Source of the DNA: Candidatus Thorarchaeota archaeon
GTDB taxonomy: Archaea > Asgardarchaeota > Thorarchaeia > Thorarchaeales > Thorarchaeaceae
DNA: 64,000 nucleotides
Reading direction: 5' to 3'
NCBI GenBank assembly: GCA_011364985.1
Contig: RDOC01000003.1
Coordinates: forward strand, 64,001 to 128,000
This document shows positions 1 to 8,614 of the stretch, in pieces (position 1 is the first letter of the stretch; the number at the start of each line of letters is the position of its first letter). The notes beneath the pieces are model-generated. The model made no database searches. It saw only the letters and a program-made list of their open reading frames with translations, and had not been told where the DNA came from. A program made the position numbers and the translations under genes.

Positions 1-16
1 CACAGAGGTTACTAGT

Positions 17-943
17 GTGAGTTTCAAGAGAAGGAACTTCATCGATTTGGCTGACTTCAAGAGGCATGAGCTTAGAGCCTTCTTGGACGCTGGACACGAT
101 TTGAAGAGAAAACAAAAATGTGGAGAACCGCATGAGGTATTGAAAGGCAAGTCCATGGCCATGATTTTCATGAAATCAAGCACCCGAACGCGTGTTTCCT
201 TTGAAGTTGGGATGACACAGCTTGGTGGGCATGCTCTTTACCTGCAACCTGGCGGCACACAGCTTGGGCGTGGAGAAACTATAGGAGATACTGCAATTGT
301 GCTCAGCAGATACTGTGATGTAATCATGGCAAGAGTCTTTGGGCATGGTGAAGTGGTGGAGCTTGCCAAACACGCGACAGTTCCCGTCATCAATGGTCTA
401 TCTGATCTTCTGCATCCATGCCAAATCATGGCGGACATGATGACCATAGAAGAGCACAAGGGCACTCTTGAAGGACTCAAGGTTGCTTATGTGGGCGACT
501 CCAACAATGTCAGCAATTCCATAATGCAGGGTTGCACGATAATGGGGATGGATGTCACGATTGGCTCCCCGAAGGGCTACACACCGACCGATGAAATAAT
601 GGAACGTGCAGAGAACCTCAGTAGGACCTATAAGACACATCTTGAAGTTGTTACAGACCCTGCAGAGGCTGTGAAAGCCGCTGACGTTATTTATACTGAT
701 ACCTTCTTTAGTATGGGTCAAGAGAGAGAAAAAGAAAAGGAAGAAGCTCTTATGCCATTCCAAGTGAACAGAGCACTTGTTAACAACGCAAAAGAGGATG
801 TCATTGTGATGCATTGTCTGCCTGCGCACCGCGACGAGGAATTAACATCTGATATCATGGACGACCCCAAGCATTCTGTTGTGTTTGATCAAGCTGAAAA
901 TCGACTTCATGCACAGAAAGGCATACTGGCACTTATTGTCTAA
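17..943 (+). CDS. argF: ornithine carbamoyltransferase
   Basis: STRTR carbamoyl-phosphate motif, HPCQ, HCLPAHR and FDQAENRLH motifs. Confidence 0.95.
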   Translation: MSFKRRNFIDLADFKRHELRAFLDAGHDLKRKQKCGEPHEVLKGKSMAMIFMKSSTRTRVSFEVGMTQLGGHALYLQPGGTQLGRGETIGDTAIVLSRYCDVIMARVFGHGEVVELAKHATVPVINGLSDLLHPCQIMADMMTIEEHKGTLEGLKVAYVGDSNNVSNSIMQGCTIMGMDVTIGSPKGYTPTDEIMERAENLSRTYKTHLEVVTDPAEAVKAADVIYTDTFFSMGQEREKEKEEALMPFQVNRALVNNAKEDVIVMHCLPAHRDEELTSDIMDDPKHSVVFDQAENRLHAQKGILALIV

Positions 944-955
944 GAGGCGGACGAG

Positions 956-1927
956 TTGGCGGGCGAAGTTGTAGTCATAGGCAGAATCAACACAGATGTG
1001 GTGATGCGTATCGAGAGCCTGCCCGGACCAAATGATCATTTCATCACAGATGAGGGATACATATCATTTGGCGGTTCAGCATGCAACTTTGCGACTCAAT
1101 CAGCCCGTCTCGGAGTGCCGACGAGTCTTGTAAGTTGTATTGGCAACGATTTGTATGGTCGGCTTGCACTCAAGGAATTATCACAGATAGGAATAGACAC
1201 TAGCCAGATTCTTGTTTTGGACCAGCAGTCCACTGGTATCTTCTTTCTGGCCGAGCAACCAAATGGAACCGGATTCGTTTTCACTGAGCCAGGTGCGAAC
1301 CGATTCTTGGAAAAGCATATTTTCGATGAGGAAGCTATTGCTAAGGCAAGAATTGTACACATGGCAGGGGGATTTCCAATGATGAATGGAAGAGCCCTAG
1401 AAGTAGCCACCCTGAATGGTATGATATTCTCTCTCGATCCAGGCCGAGTTGCTGGAAATCTTGACTTCCCGAAAGTGCTAGCTAAGACAGATCTCTTCTT
1501 CGTGAATGAAAAAGAATTGAAGACTTACTTTGACACCACACCCACCGAGAAGAGCCTCAAGATGTTTGCCAAGAATTTCCCGGGTATTGTTATCGTGAAG
1601 AGAGGAAAGAAGGGGGCCATAGCCACAGATGGTTTTGAATACTGTACTTCACAAGCATTCGAAGTGAAAGCAGTCGATACCTTGGGAGCTGGTGATGCGT
1701 TTGCTGCTGGTTTTGTCACAGCATGGACGCGCTCTGAGAACATAGAGAAAGCACTTCATGTTGGGAATGCCGTGTCTGCCCTTACAATAACAAAGCAAGG
1801 TGCACAGAACGGACAACCAACGCTCAAGGAAGTATCGAAATTACTCAAGGATAATGGCGTATCAATTGATGCGATTTTGAGAACTTTCGGCGAACGAAAG
1901 AGAAGAAAGAAACGATATAACAAGTAA
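956..1927 (+). CDS. PfkB/ribokinase-family carbohydrate kinase
   Basis: GGSACNFA N-terminal motif and DTLGAGDAFAAG anion-hole signature. Confidence 0.9.
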   Translation: MAGEVVVIGRINTDVVMRIESLPGPNDHFITDEGYISFGGSACNFATQSARLGVPTSLVSCIGNDLYGRLALKELSQIGIDTSQILVLDQQSTGIFFLAEQPNGTGFVFTEPGANRFLEKHIFDEEAIAKARIVHMAGGFPMMNGRALEVATLNGMIFSLDPGRVAGNLDFPKVLAKTDLFFVNEKELKTYFDTTPTEKSLKMFAKNFPGIVIVKRGKKGAIATDGFEYCTSQAFEVKAVDTLGAGDAFAAGFVTAWTRSENIEKALHVGNAVSALTITKQGAQNGQPTLKEVSKLLKDNGVSIDAILRTFGERKRRKKRYNK

Positions 1928-2002
1928 TACCAGCGTAGTATTCTACTTTTTGTTAGCGAAATACAGCCGTATTAGTGGAAGATGTAAGGTGAGAGTGAGC
2001 TA

Positions 2003-3175
2003 ATGCATCCATTACTAGAAGAAGTCCTCCGCAGTCCAGCACGACGGGACGCTCCTATTACTAAACCAAGCAAGAGATCCTCAAGATCTGCAATCACTGA
2101 TGAAGAATTGGCTGACTTGCTGGAGTCAGTGACCGCACGAATCCTTGTCGTAGGCGTTGGAGGAGCAGGCAATAATGCTGTAACGCGTCTAATGGAAGTA
2201 GGTGTTGAAGGTGCAGAGACTCTCGCCGCAAACACTGATGCGCAAGACCTCTATGTTTGCAATTCTAACCACAAATTACTCCTTGGCAGAGAAACCTGTG
2301 GTGGGCTTGGTGCCGGTAATAATCCAGATATCGGAGAGGCTGCAGCGCAGGAAACGTATGATATCATCAAGGATGTTGTAAGAGCGGATCTTGTCTTCAT
2401 CACTGCAGGAATGGGGGGAGGAACAGGAACTGGTGCAGCACCATTAATAGCAAAGGCTGCAAAAGAAACTGGTGCGCTTACAGTTGCGATTGTATGCCTT
2501 CCTTTTGAAGTTGAAGGTGCCACACGGAAGAAGAATGCCACGAGAGGACTTAAGGCCCTCATGGAGCATGTTGATACTCTTATTGCAATCCCTAATGAAA
2601 AACTCCTTGAGATTGCTCCTGACTTGTCAATGCCAGAGGCGTTCATGGTAGCTGATGAAGTACTTGTCAGAGCTGTAAAGGGCATTGCGGAACTTATCTC
2701 AAAACCGGGTCTTGTTAACTTGGACTTCGCTGATGTCAGAACCACAATGAAAAACGGCGGGGTTTCAATAATTGCACTGGGAGAGGGAACTGGCGAGAAC
2801 AGGGACGAAGAGGCTGTCATTAACGCACTGCGTAATCCTCTAATTGATGTATCAATTGAGAATGCTAGAAACATCTTGATCAATGTCAGTGGAAGCACAG
2901 ATCTCCAGCTCGCAGAGGCTAAGAGAGTTGTTCAGTTAGTGACTGAGCAGGTCAATCCAAATGCGGAGATCATCTATGGTGCGTTAATATCTCACGAATT
3001 GGAAGATAGACTACGTGTGACGATAATTGCATCCGGCGTCAATTCTCCGTATGTTTTTGATAACTCCGAACGAGTTTTACCCCTAGCAGATGACCTAAAA
3101 TCAGATTTGGGACTACAGCGTTTGGATGATACAGATACAGACACTCAGGAAGGGTTAAAAGAAGACCCGAAATGA
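2003..3175 (+). CDS. ftsZ: cell division GTPase FtsZ (FtsZ1-type context)
   Basis: VGVGGAGNN, GGGTGTG tubulin signature, NLDFADV T7 loop; upstream of secE-spt5-uL11. Confidence 0.97.
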   Translation: MHPLLEEVLRSPARRDAPITKPSKRSSRSAITDEELADLLESVTARILVVGVGGAGNNAVTRLMEVGVEGAETLAANTDAQDLYVCNSNHKLLLGRETCGGLGAGNNPDIGEAAAQETYDIIKDVVRADLVFITAGMGGGTGTGAAPLIAKAAKETGALTVAIVCLPFEVEGATRKKNATRGLKALMEHVDTLIAIPNEKLLEIAPDLSMPEAFMVADEVLVRAVKGIAELISKPGLVNLDFADVRTTMKNGGVSIIALGEGTGENRDEEAVINALRNPLIDVSIENARNILINVSGSTDLQLAEAKRVVQLVTEQVNPNAEIIYGALISHELEDRLRVTIIASGVNSPYVFDNSERVLPLADDLKSDLGLQRLDDTDTDTQEGLKEDPK

Positions 3176-3230
3176 AAACATTCCAATACAGCATTGCAAA
3201 AGCAGATTTGCATAAGGATGTGAAGCCAGT

Positions 3231-3419
3231 TTGGGATTTAGCAGTTTCATCAAAGAAAGCAGGCGGATATTGAAGCTTGCGACCAAGCCATCAAGGAAGG
3301 AGCTTTGGATGAGTACTAAGATAACCATTCTTGCGATGCTCGTGGTGGGAATGCTCAGCTTCATTGTCCAAGTGTTCATGATTGTCATAACTGGCGATTG
3401 GGGAACCACAACATCATAG
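3231..3419 (+). CDS. secE: protein translocase subunit SecE/Sec61gamma
   Basis: RILKLATKPSRKE amphipathic helix plus one TM segment; conserved position between ftsZ and spt5. Confidence 0.92.
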   Translation: MGFSSFIKESRRILKLATKPSRKELWMSTKITILAMLVVGMLSFIVQVFMIVITGDWGTTTS

Positions 3420-3530
3420 ACAAAAGTCCTTCGACAGCTCAGGCTGGAATGGACAAAAGCATCCCTTGGGAATCTGTGGTGTGCTTTGCGTGCTATACTT
3501 TCTTCGGAGTCAAATCTTGGATGTGCTGAA

Positions 3531-4193
3531 ATGGAGCATAGAAACAGTATCTACGCGATAAGAACTACGATAGGCCAGGAGCGATCAGTCACAGACCTCA
3601 TAACGACCGCAGTTACTGGTGAAACTGACGTCTGGGGCTGCCCATTTTGCGGCGAGGATTTCGCCTCAAAGGCTGCTACAGTAGAGCACATGAAGAGCTG
3701 TAAAAAGAAAGGAAAGAAGAGCGGAGAGCCTAAACTAATATCACAAAATCCGCTAATTGGCAGAGTCATGGCCATTCTGGTTCCTGAAACTCTTCGAGGC
3801 TATGTCTTTTTGGAAACACTGGAGTTCAGAGATGTTGAACTGGCAATATCTGGTGTACCACATGTCCGAGGGCGTGTTGGAGGGAAAGTGAGTTACGAAG
3901 AGATTGACAAATTCCTTGTGCCGAAACCTGCCGCAGAAGGAATCTCAATTAGTGATGTTGTTGAAATCATTTCAGGGCCATTCAAGGGAGAACGAGCGAA
4001 GGTTGCGAGAGTAGACTCCGCCAAAGAAGAACTCATTCTTGAATTGCTGGACAGCCCCCACACGATTCCTATACGCGTTCACGCAGACTTTGCGAAAATT
4101 GTTGAGAAGGCTGTTAGAGAAGAGCCCTCGATTGCTGAGACAGCGGAGAAAGACGAGAAAGAAGAAGATGATTCCTTCTGGGCACACGACTAA
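3531..4193 (+). CDS. spt5: transcription elongation factor Spt5 (NusG) with inserted zinc finger
   Basis: IYAIRTTIGQE, LRGYVFLE (NGN) and VEIISGPFKGE (KOW); start placed at ATG 3531; C-x2-C-x12-H-x3-C insert. Confidence 0.93.
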   Translation: MEHRNSIYAIRTTIGQERSVTDLITTAVTGETDVWGCPFCGEDFASKAATVEHMKSCKKKGKKSGEPKLISQNPLIGRVMAILVPETLRGYVFLETLEFRDVELAISGVPHVRGRVGGKVSYEEIDKFLVPKPAAEGISISDVVEIISGPFKGERAKVARVDSAKEELILELLDSPHTIPIRVHADFAKIVEKAVREEPSIAETAEKDEKEEDDSFWAHD

Positions 4194-4424
4194 CTCTTCG
4201 AACATCGTATCTTCAGATTAGATGTAATTGTCAGTCCAAAAGCCTTAAAACAGTCCTGCGAGGGGGAGGCTCAACTCCTTAAACAGACATTAACGCAAGA
4301 CGTTGTGTCAGGGGTGAAATATGATGATGAATGCAGTAGACTATATTGGACGTTATTCTTGTTGTGCCATTTGGTCGACCCCGGTGATACACTTTGAATG
4401 TGTTAACCTACTGCATCAGGAGTT

Positions 4425-4937
4425 GTGCAAGAATTGAGTGAGAAACCGATAGTAGTAGAGGCAATGGTAGAAGGAGGCAAGGCCTCTGGTGGCCCTCCAA
4501 TCGGTCCTGCGCTTGGACCAACAGGTGTCAATATCTTTCAGGTTGTCACCAAAATCAATGAGGAAACTGTGCCCTTTACTGGGCTGAAGGTGCCCGTGAA
4601 GATCACGGTCAATCCATCTGATAAGAGCTTTGAGGTTGAAGTAGGCACTCCTCCAACAAGTGCTCTAATCCTTAAGGAGATTGGACAAGCAAAGGGTTCT
4701 GGAGAAGCAGGTAGTACCGTAATAGGCAATTTGACTATCGACCAGCTAAAGGCCATTGCAAAGGGAAAAGCAAGCGATTTGTCTGCACTTGAGATGAAAT
4801 CGGCTGCAATGATAATATCGGGCACCTGTGTTTCCATGGGTGTCACAATCGAGGGAAAGGCACCAAAGGAGTTCCAAGAAGAGGTCCGAGAGGGTCTCTG
4901 GGACAGCCAACTTGATGAACTTCTTAGGGAGGAATAA
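4425..4937 (+). CDS. rpl11: ribosomal protein uL11
   Basis: GGKASGGPPIGPALGP and GTCVSMGVTIEG motifs. Confidence 0.96.
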   Translation: MQELSEKPIVVEAMVEGGKASGGPPIGPALGPTGVNIFQVVTKINEETVPFTGLKVPVKITVNPSDKSFEVEVGTPPTSALILKEIGQAKGSGEAGSTVIGNLTIDQLKAIAKGKASDLSALEMKSAAMIISGTCVSMGVTIEGKAPKEFQEEVREGLWDSQLDELLREE

Positions 4938-4939
4938 CG

Positions 4940-5602
4940 GTGTCATTCAATGTCGATGTAATTGAGACAGCAGTTGCTGAGGCACGCGCAAAAGGCAATG
5001 GAAAGAGTACGAAATTCGAACAGAGCTTTGATATCGCAGTCAACTTCAGAAAGAAGGAATTGGATGTCTCAAAGCCGGAGAATCGATTCAATCAGGAAGT
5101 TGTCTTGCCTAATAGAATGTACCCTCCAGTCAAGGTATGCGCATTCGGCGATGGTGAGTTTGCCGACAAGGCCTTGGAAGCAGGTGTAGAACGCGTTGTG
5201 GGCAGAGAGGAAATTCCAAAGATCGGGGAAGAAAAGAAAGAAAGAAAACTGCTCGCAAAGACTTTCGACTTCTTCATCTCAGCCGTTGATGCAATGTCTC
5301 TTGTTGGTCGCTATCTTGGTCAAGCATTGGGTCCGCGAGGAAAAATGCCGAGGCCATTTCCACCACAAGCCGATTTGAGTGCGGTTGTTGATCAGTATCA
5401 ACGCACCGTCCGCATAAGAATGAGGAACACACCCACCTTCCATGTGAAGGTGGGACATGTGAGAATGAGTGATAGAGAGATTGCTGACAACATAGCCACG
5501 GTTCTTGGCTTTGTTGACAGCAAGGGTATCATTGACCGTGTAGGACGTGTCTTGGTAAAGACCACAATGGGACCTCCCGTTGATGTTAGCATTGAGAGGT
5601 GA
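4940..5602 (+). CDS. rpl1: ribosomal protein uL1
   Basis: KFEQSFDIAVN, LGPRGKMP, KTTMGP motifs. Confidence 0.96.
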   Translation: MSFNVDVIETAVAEARAKGNGKSTKFEQSFDIAVNFRKKELDVSKPENRFNQEVVLPNRMYPPVKVCAFGDGEFADKALEAGVERVVGREEIPKIGEEKKERKLLAKTFDFFISAVDAMSLVGRYLGQALGPRGKMPRPFPPQADLSAVVDQYQRTVRIRMRNTPTFHVKVGHVRMSDREIADNIATVLGFVDSKGIIDRVGRVLVKTTMGPPVDVSIER

Positions 5603-5606
5603 TCGG

Positions 5607-6626
5607 ATGTCAGTATATGAAAAGAGCATTCCGCAATGGAAGGTTGACCTAGTAGAAAAGCTTTCCACTCGAATCAAAGATAGCGCCATGGTTGGACTTG
5701 TGAATGTGGAGGGTGTGGGTGCCAAGCAGCTTTCAGGTATTAGAGAGAGTCTGAGATACTCTGCAGAGATCAAGATGGCACGGAACACACTTATGATCAG
5801 AGCTCTTGAAGCGTCAAAAGTAAAGGGGATTGACTCCTTGATCGAACATGTCAAGGGACCCGTCGCTTTTGTTTTCAGTGATCAGGATCCTTTTATTCTC
5901 AGTAAGTTCCTTCGTGAGAACAAGACACCAGCGCCAGCTAAAGGGGGTCAGACTGCTCCAAATGACATCATGGTGCCAGCTATGAATACTGGTGTTGCAC
6001 CAGGACCTTTCATTAGCGAACTCGCAGCCCTCAGGATTCCATCTCGAGTCAAGAGCGGTGTGATTCATATCACTGACGACACCGTTGTTGTGAAGGCAGG
6101 CAATGTCATCTCTAACGCAATGGCTATGATGCTGACAAGACTTGGGATAGAACCAATGGAGCTTCAGCTGAAACTGATTGCAGCATATACCGATGGAGCT
6201 GTACTTACAGCAGAAAGCTTCGATATTGACCTACAGAGTCTCTTCCAGAGTGTCATTCTGGGCCATCAATATGCAATGAATCTCTCAATCAATTCTGGCT
6301 ATCCCACCAGTGATACTATGCCGATGATAATCGTCAAAGCAGACAGAGAAGCGAGAAGCTTGGCTTTGAGCCTTGACTTCTTTACACAGGATTTGCTCGG
6401 CGATTTCCTCGCAAAGGCGAGCTCAGAAGCGTTTGCCCTTGCAGCGGCAATATCGGAAAAGGATCCAGAAGCAATACCCTCAGAAGTCCTCGACCAAGTT
6501 CGATCTGGTGTAACAGATACATCAGCCGCTACATCGGCTGAACAGACTTACAAGAAGCCAGAGGAACCCGGAGAGGACGAAGAGGAGGAAGAATCAGTTG
6601 CAGGTCTCTCAGGCCTGTTCGGATAG
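5607..6626 (+). CDS. rpl10: ribosomal stalk protein uL10 (P0)
   Basis: [18 protein letters not shown], acidic tail ending GLSGLFG; ATG 5607 follows a GAGGTGA SD. Confidence 0.95.
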   Translation: MSVYEKSIPQWKVDLVEKLSTRIKDSAMVGLVNVEGVGAKQLSGIRESLRYSAEIKMARNTLMIRALEASKVKGIDSLIEHVKGPVAFVFSDQDPFILSKFLRENKTPAPAKGGQTAPNDIMVPAMNTGVAPGPFISELAALRIPSRVKSGVIHITDDTVVVKAGNVISNAMAMMLTRLGIEPMELQLKLIAAYTDGAVLTAESFDIDLQSLFQSVILGHQYAMNLSINSGYPTSDTMPMIIVKADREARSLALSLDFFTQDLLGDFLAKASSEAFALAAAISEKDPEAIPSEVLDQVRSGVTDTSAATSAEQTYKKPEEPGEDEEEEESVAGLSGLFG

Positions 6627-6643
6627 AAAATGAGGTAGAAACA

Positions 6644-6949
6644 ATGGAGTACGTATATTCCGCACTTCTGCTCCATAAAGCCGGAAAGAAAGTAGATGCA
6701 AAGGGCATGGAGGCTGTTCTCACCGCTGCAGGTGTGACACCTGACAAAGGAAGAATAAAGGCTCTTCTAGCAGCTCTTGAAGGGGTCGATATTGATGATG
6801 CCCTGAAGAGTGCAGCAATGCCCATGGCGATGGCCGCAGCTCCTGCTGCTGGTGGCGCCACAGCTGCAGCTCCTGCCGAGGAGAAGAAGGAAGAAGAAGA
6901 GAAGGAAGAAGAGGAAGAAGTTGCAGGACTTGGCAGTCTATTCGGGTAG
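6644..6949 (+). CDS. rpl12: ribosomal stalk protein P1 (aL12)
   Basis: [11 protein letters not shown] start, Ala-rich hinge, acidic tail ending GLGSLFG. Confidence 0.96.
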   Translation: MEYVYSALLLHKAGKKVDAKGMEAVLTAAGVTPDKGRIKALLAALEGVDIDDALKSAAMPMAMAAAPAAGGATAAAPAEEKKEEEEKEEEEEVAGLGSLFG

Positions 6950-6995
6950 GTCAAGCAACCAGCTTCAGACTCTCAGTTACTTCCTTAGCCTAAAC

Positions 6996-7042
6996 GGATG
7001 GACAGGTAGCAAGCCTGTCTGTCCATCGATTCTCTTTTCTTT
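6996..7042 (+). terminator. hairpin plus T-rich tract ending the ribosomal protein operon
   Basis: GGATGGACAGG (6996-7006) pairs with CCTGTCTGTCC (7014-7024), followed by TTCTCTTTTCTTT. Confidence 0.55.
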
Positions 7043-7156
7043 GATATCATTCATCTAGTTGGAGATTTGTATCCAGTTTTCCAAGATTGTCACAGAATGA
7101 AATGATGAAATAAGTTGGCCAACAGAGAGAAATGGAAGTGGTGCATACCAATTCGT

Positions 7157-7939
7157 GTGAAAATCATATATCATCCACTTATGTTGCAACCGTATGATAG
7201 TACTCCTGCTGGAGCGCCAGGCAGACTTGAGAGCGCTGTTGAGATTCTCAGTAAAGCCACAGGATACGAGCTTCTCACATCCGAACCAGCAACTGATGAG
7301 CAGATATTGCGTGCTCATGGCCCGAATCATTTGGAGAGTGTAAAGAGTGATGGAGAATTCATGAGAGGCGGCCTGCTCTTTGAGATGGCAGCCCTAGCTG
7401 CTGGAGGCGCGATTCTTACAGGACATATTGCAGCCAGAGGCGAACCAGCTTTTGGTCTAATTCGCCCGCCAGGGCATCATGCCTCTCGAAATAGCTACTG
7501 GGGATTCTGCTATCACAACAACATTGCTATCTCGCTGTTGGACCTGGAAAACAAGGGGATCATAAAGTCAGCCTTCGTACTTGACTTTGACCTTCACATA
7601 GGAGATGGAAATATCGATATCCTTGGCGGCAAACCTGGGTATATCATCTCAAACCCGAGAAGTCAGGGAGATGATGCATATCTTGCTGAAGTTGGGCAGA
7701 TCTTGGATGCGGCGCCCGATGTTGATATCATCGTAGCTTCCGCCGGATTTGACCAGTATGAAAACGACTGGGGAGGAAATCTATCAACAGACGCGTTTAG
7801 ACAGATTGGGAAGATGATGCATGATTTTGCCATGGAAAGATGCGAAGGAAGACGTTATGGTCTGTTAGAGGGTGGTTACAACTTCCAAGACCTTGGGACG
7901 AATGTCTATGCCTTCTGCGAAGGATTGCAGGGAAGATAG
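7157..7939 (+). CDS. histone deacetylase-family (Zn-dependent) protein
   Basis: RPPGHHA, GFCYHNN, DFDLHIGDG, SAGFD, LEGGY motifs; start placed at GTG 7157. Confidence 0.9.
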   Translation: MKIIYHPLMLQPYDSTPAGAPGRLESAVEILSKATGYELLTSEPATDEQILRAHGPNHLESVKSDGEFMRGGLLFEMAALAAGGAILTGHIAARGEPAFGLIRPPGHHASRNSYWGFCYHNNIAISLLDLENKGIIKSAFVLDFDLHIGDGNIDILGGKPGYIISNPRSQGDDAYLAEVGQILDAAPDVDIIVASAGFDQYENDWGGNLSTDAFRQIGKMMHDFAMERCEGRRYGLLEGGYNFQDLGTNVYAFCEGLQGR

Positions 7940-8008
7940 TAGGAGTGCACAAGCAACATAACTTGAGATTCCTTCAGGAGTTTATATTGCATACTGGCTG
8001 ATGAAATT

Positions 8009-8278
8009 ATGGTGTGGAATTTGCAGTTGGGTTGGCTCCTAAGTCCATTGACAGACTTCATGAATATGATAGCAGTATACTTCACCGAGATTTGGGGCTT
8101 CCTGATTTTCATCGGTCGAATTTCAGGAGTAATAGTCGTTCTTGTGGGAGCCATTCTCTGGTTCACAGAGATTAACTCCAAGAGAGGAAAAGGATTAGTT
8201 GCCAGCGGAATCCTTCTATCAATAGTAGTCCAATATTTCGTAATGTATCCGCCAGCCTTTGCTTTGATTGGTGATTAG
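8009..8278 (+). CDS. small two-TM membrane protein, VirB2/TrbC/CedA1-like pattern
   Basis: two hydrophobic helices joined by GAILWFTEINSKRGKGLV; similar to 53929-54447. Confidence 0.6.
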   Translation: MVWNLQLGWLLSPLTDFMNMIAVYFTEIWGFLIFIGRISGVIVVLVGAILWFTEINSKRGKGLVASGILLSIVVQYFVMYPPAFALIGD

Positions 8279-8289
8279 GCAGGGAATTG

Positions 8290-8430
8290 TGGGCACCTTA
8301 TATTCTAGAGTGCCAACGGTAGGATAGACGTCTAGTCTTTCTTGGTTTCACACACCCATCTCGCCCGGGGATGGTTGATTCGCCCCGGGCATCCCTGGCT
8401 TCTTATTCTCCGAGGGAATGTCGAAAATCC
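8290..8430. ncRNA. putative structured intergenic RNA element
   Basis: perfect 8-bp stem GCCCGGGG/CCCCGGGC (8363-8390), adjacent stem 8390-8420, stem GGCAC/GTGCC (8292-8314); no credible ORF. Confidence 0.35.
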
Positions 8431-8493
8431 GTTTTGTACTCAAATCTGTATAACGAAGAGTCTATAAGCATAAGAAGAGGCACTCGGTTTTCA

Positions 8494-8602
8494 GGGCCCG
8501 TTGCCTAGTATGGACCAGATGGAATTTTTCCCGTCTGGGTACAAATAGGGCGCTAGCCTTCTAAGTTAGAGGTCGCCGGTTCAAATCCGGCCGGGCCCGC
8601 CA
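8494..8602 (+). tRNA. tRNA-Arg(TCT) with 31-nt D-loop intron (19/20; 8514-8544)
   Basis: acceptor GGGCCCG/CGGGCCC, anticodon arm CTAGC-CT-TCT-AA-GTTAG, T-arm GCCGG-TTCAAAT-CCGGC, encoded CCA; BHB GTAT/GTAC with GGA and AAA bulges. Confidence 0.93.
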
Positions 8603-8614
8603 TGAAACAATTTT

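Noticed and set aside
6880-6920. GAA-rich tandem repeat
   Set aside because: It simply encodes the acidic tail of ribosomal protein P1
8367-8430. Resemblance of GGGGATGG..TTCGCCCC to the fluoride riboswitch
   Set aside because: The 3' pseudoknot partner motif is missing, and the downstream gene is a tRNA rather than a fluoride-related gene
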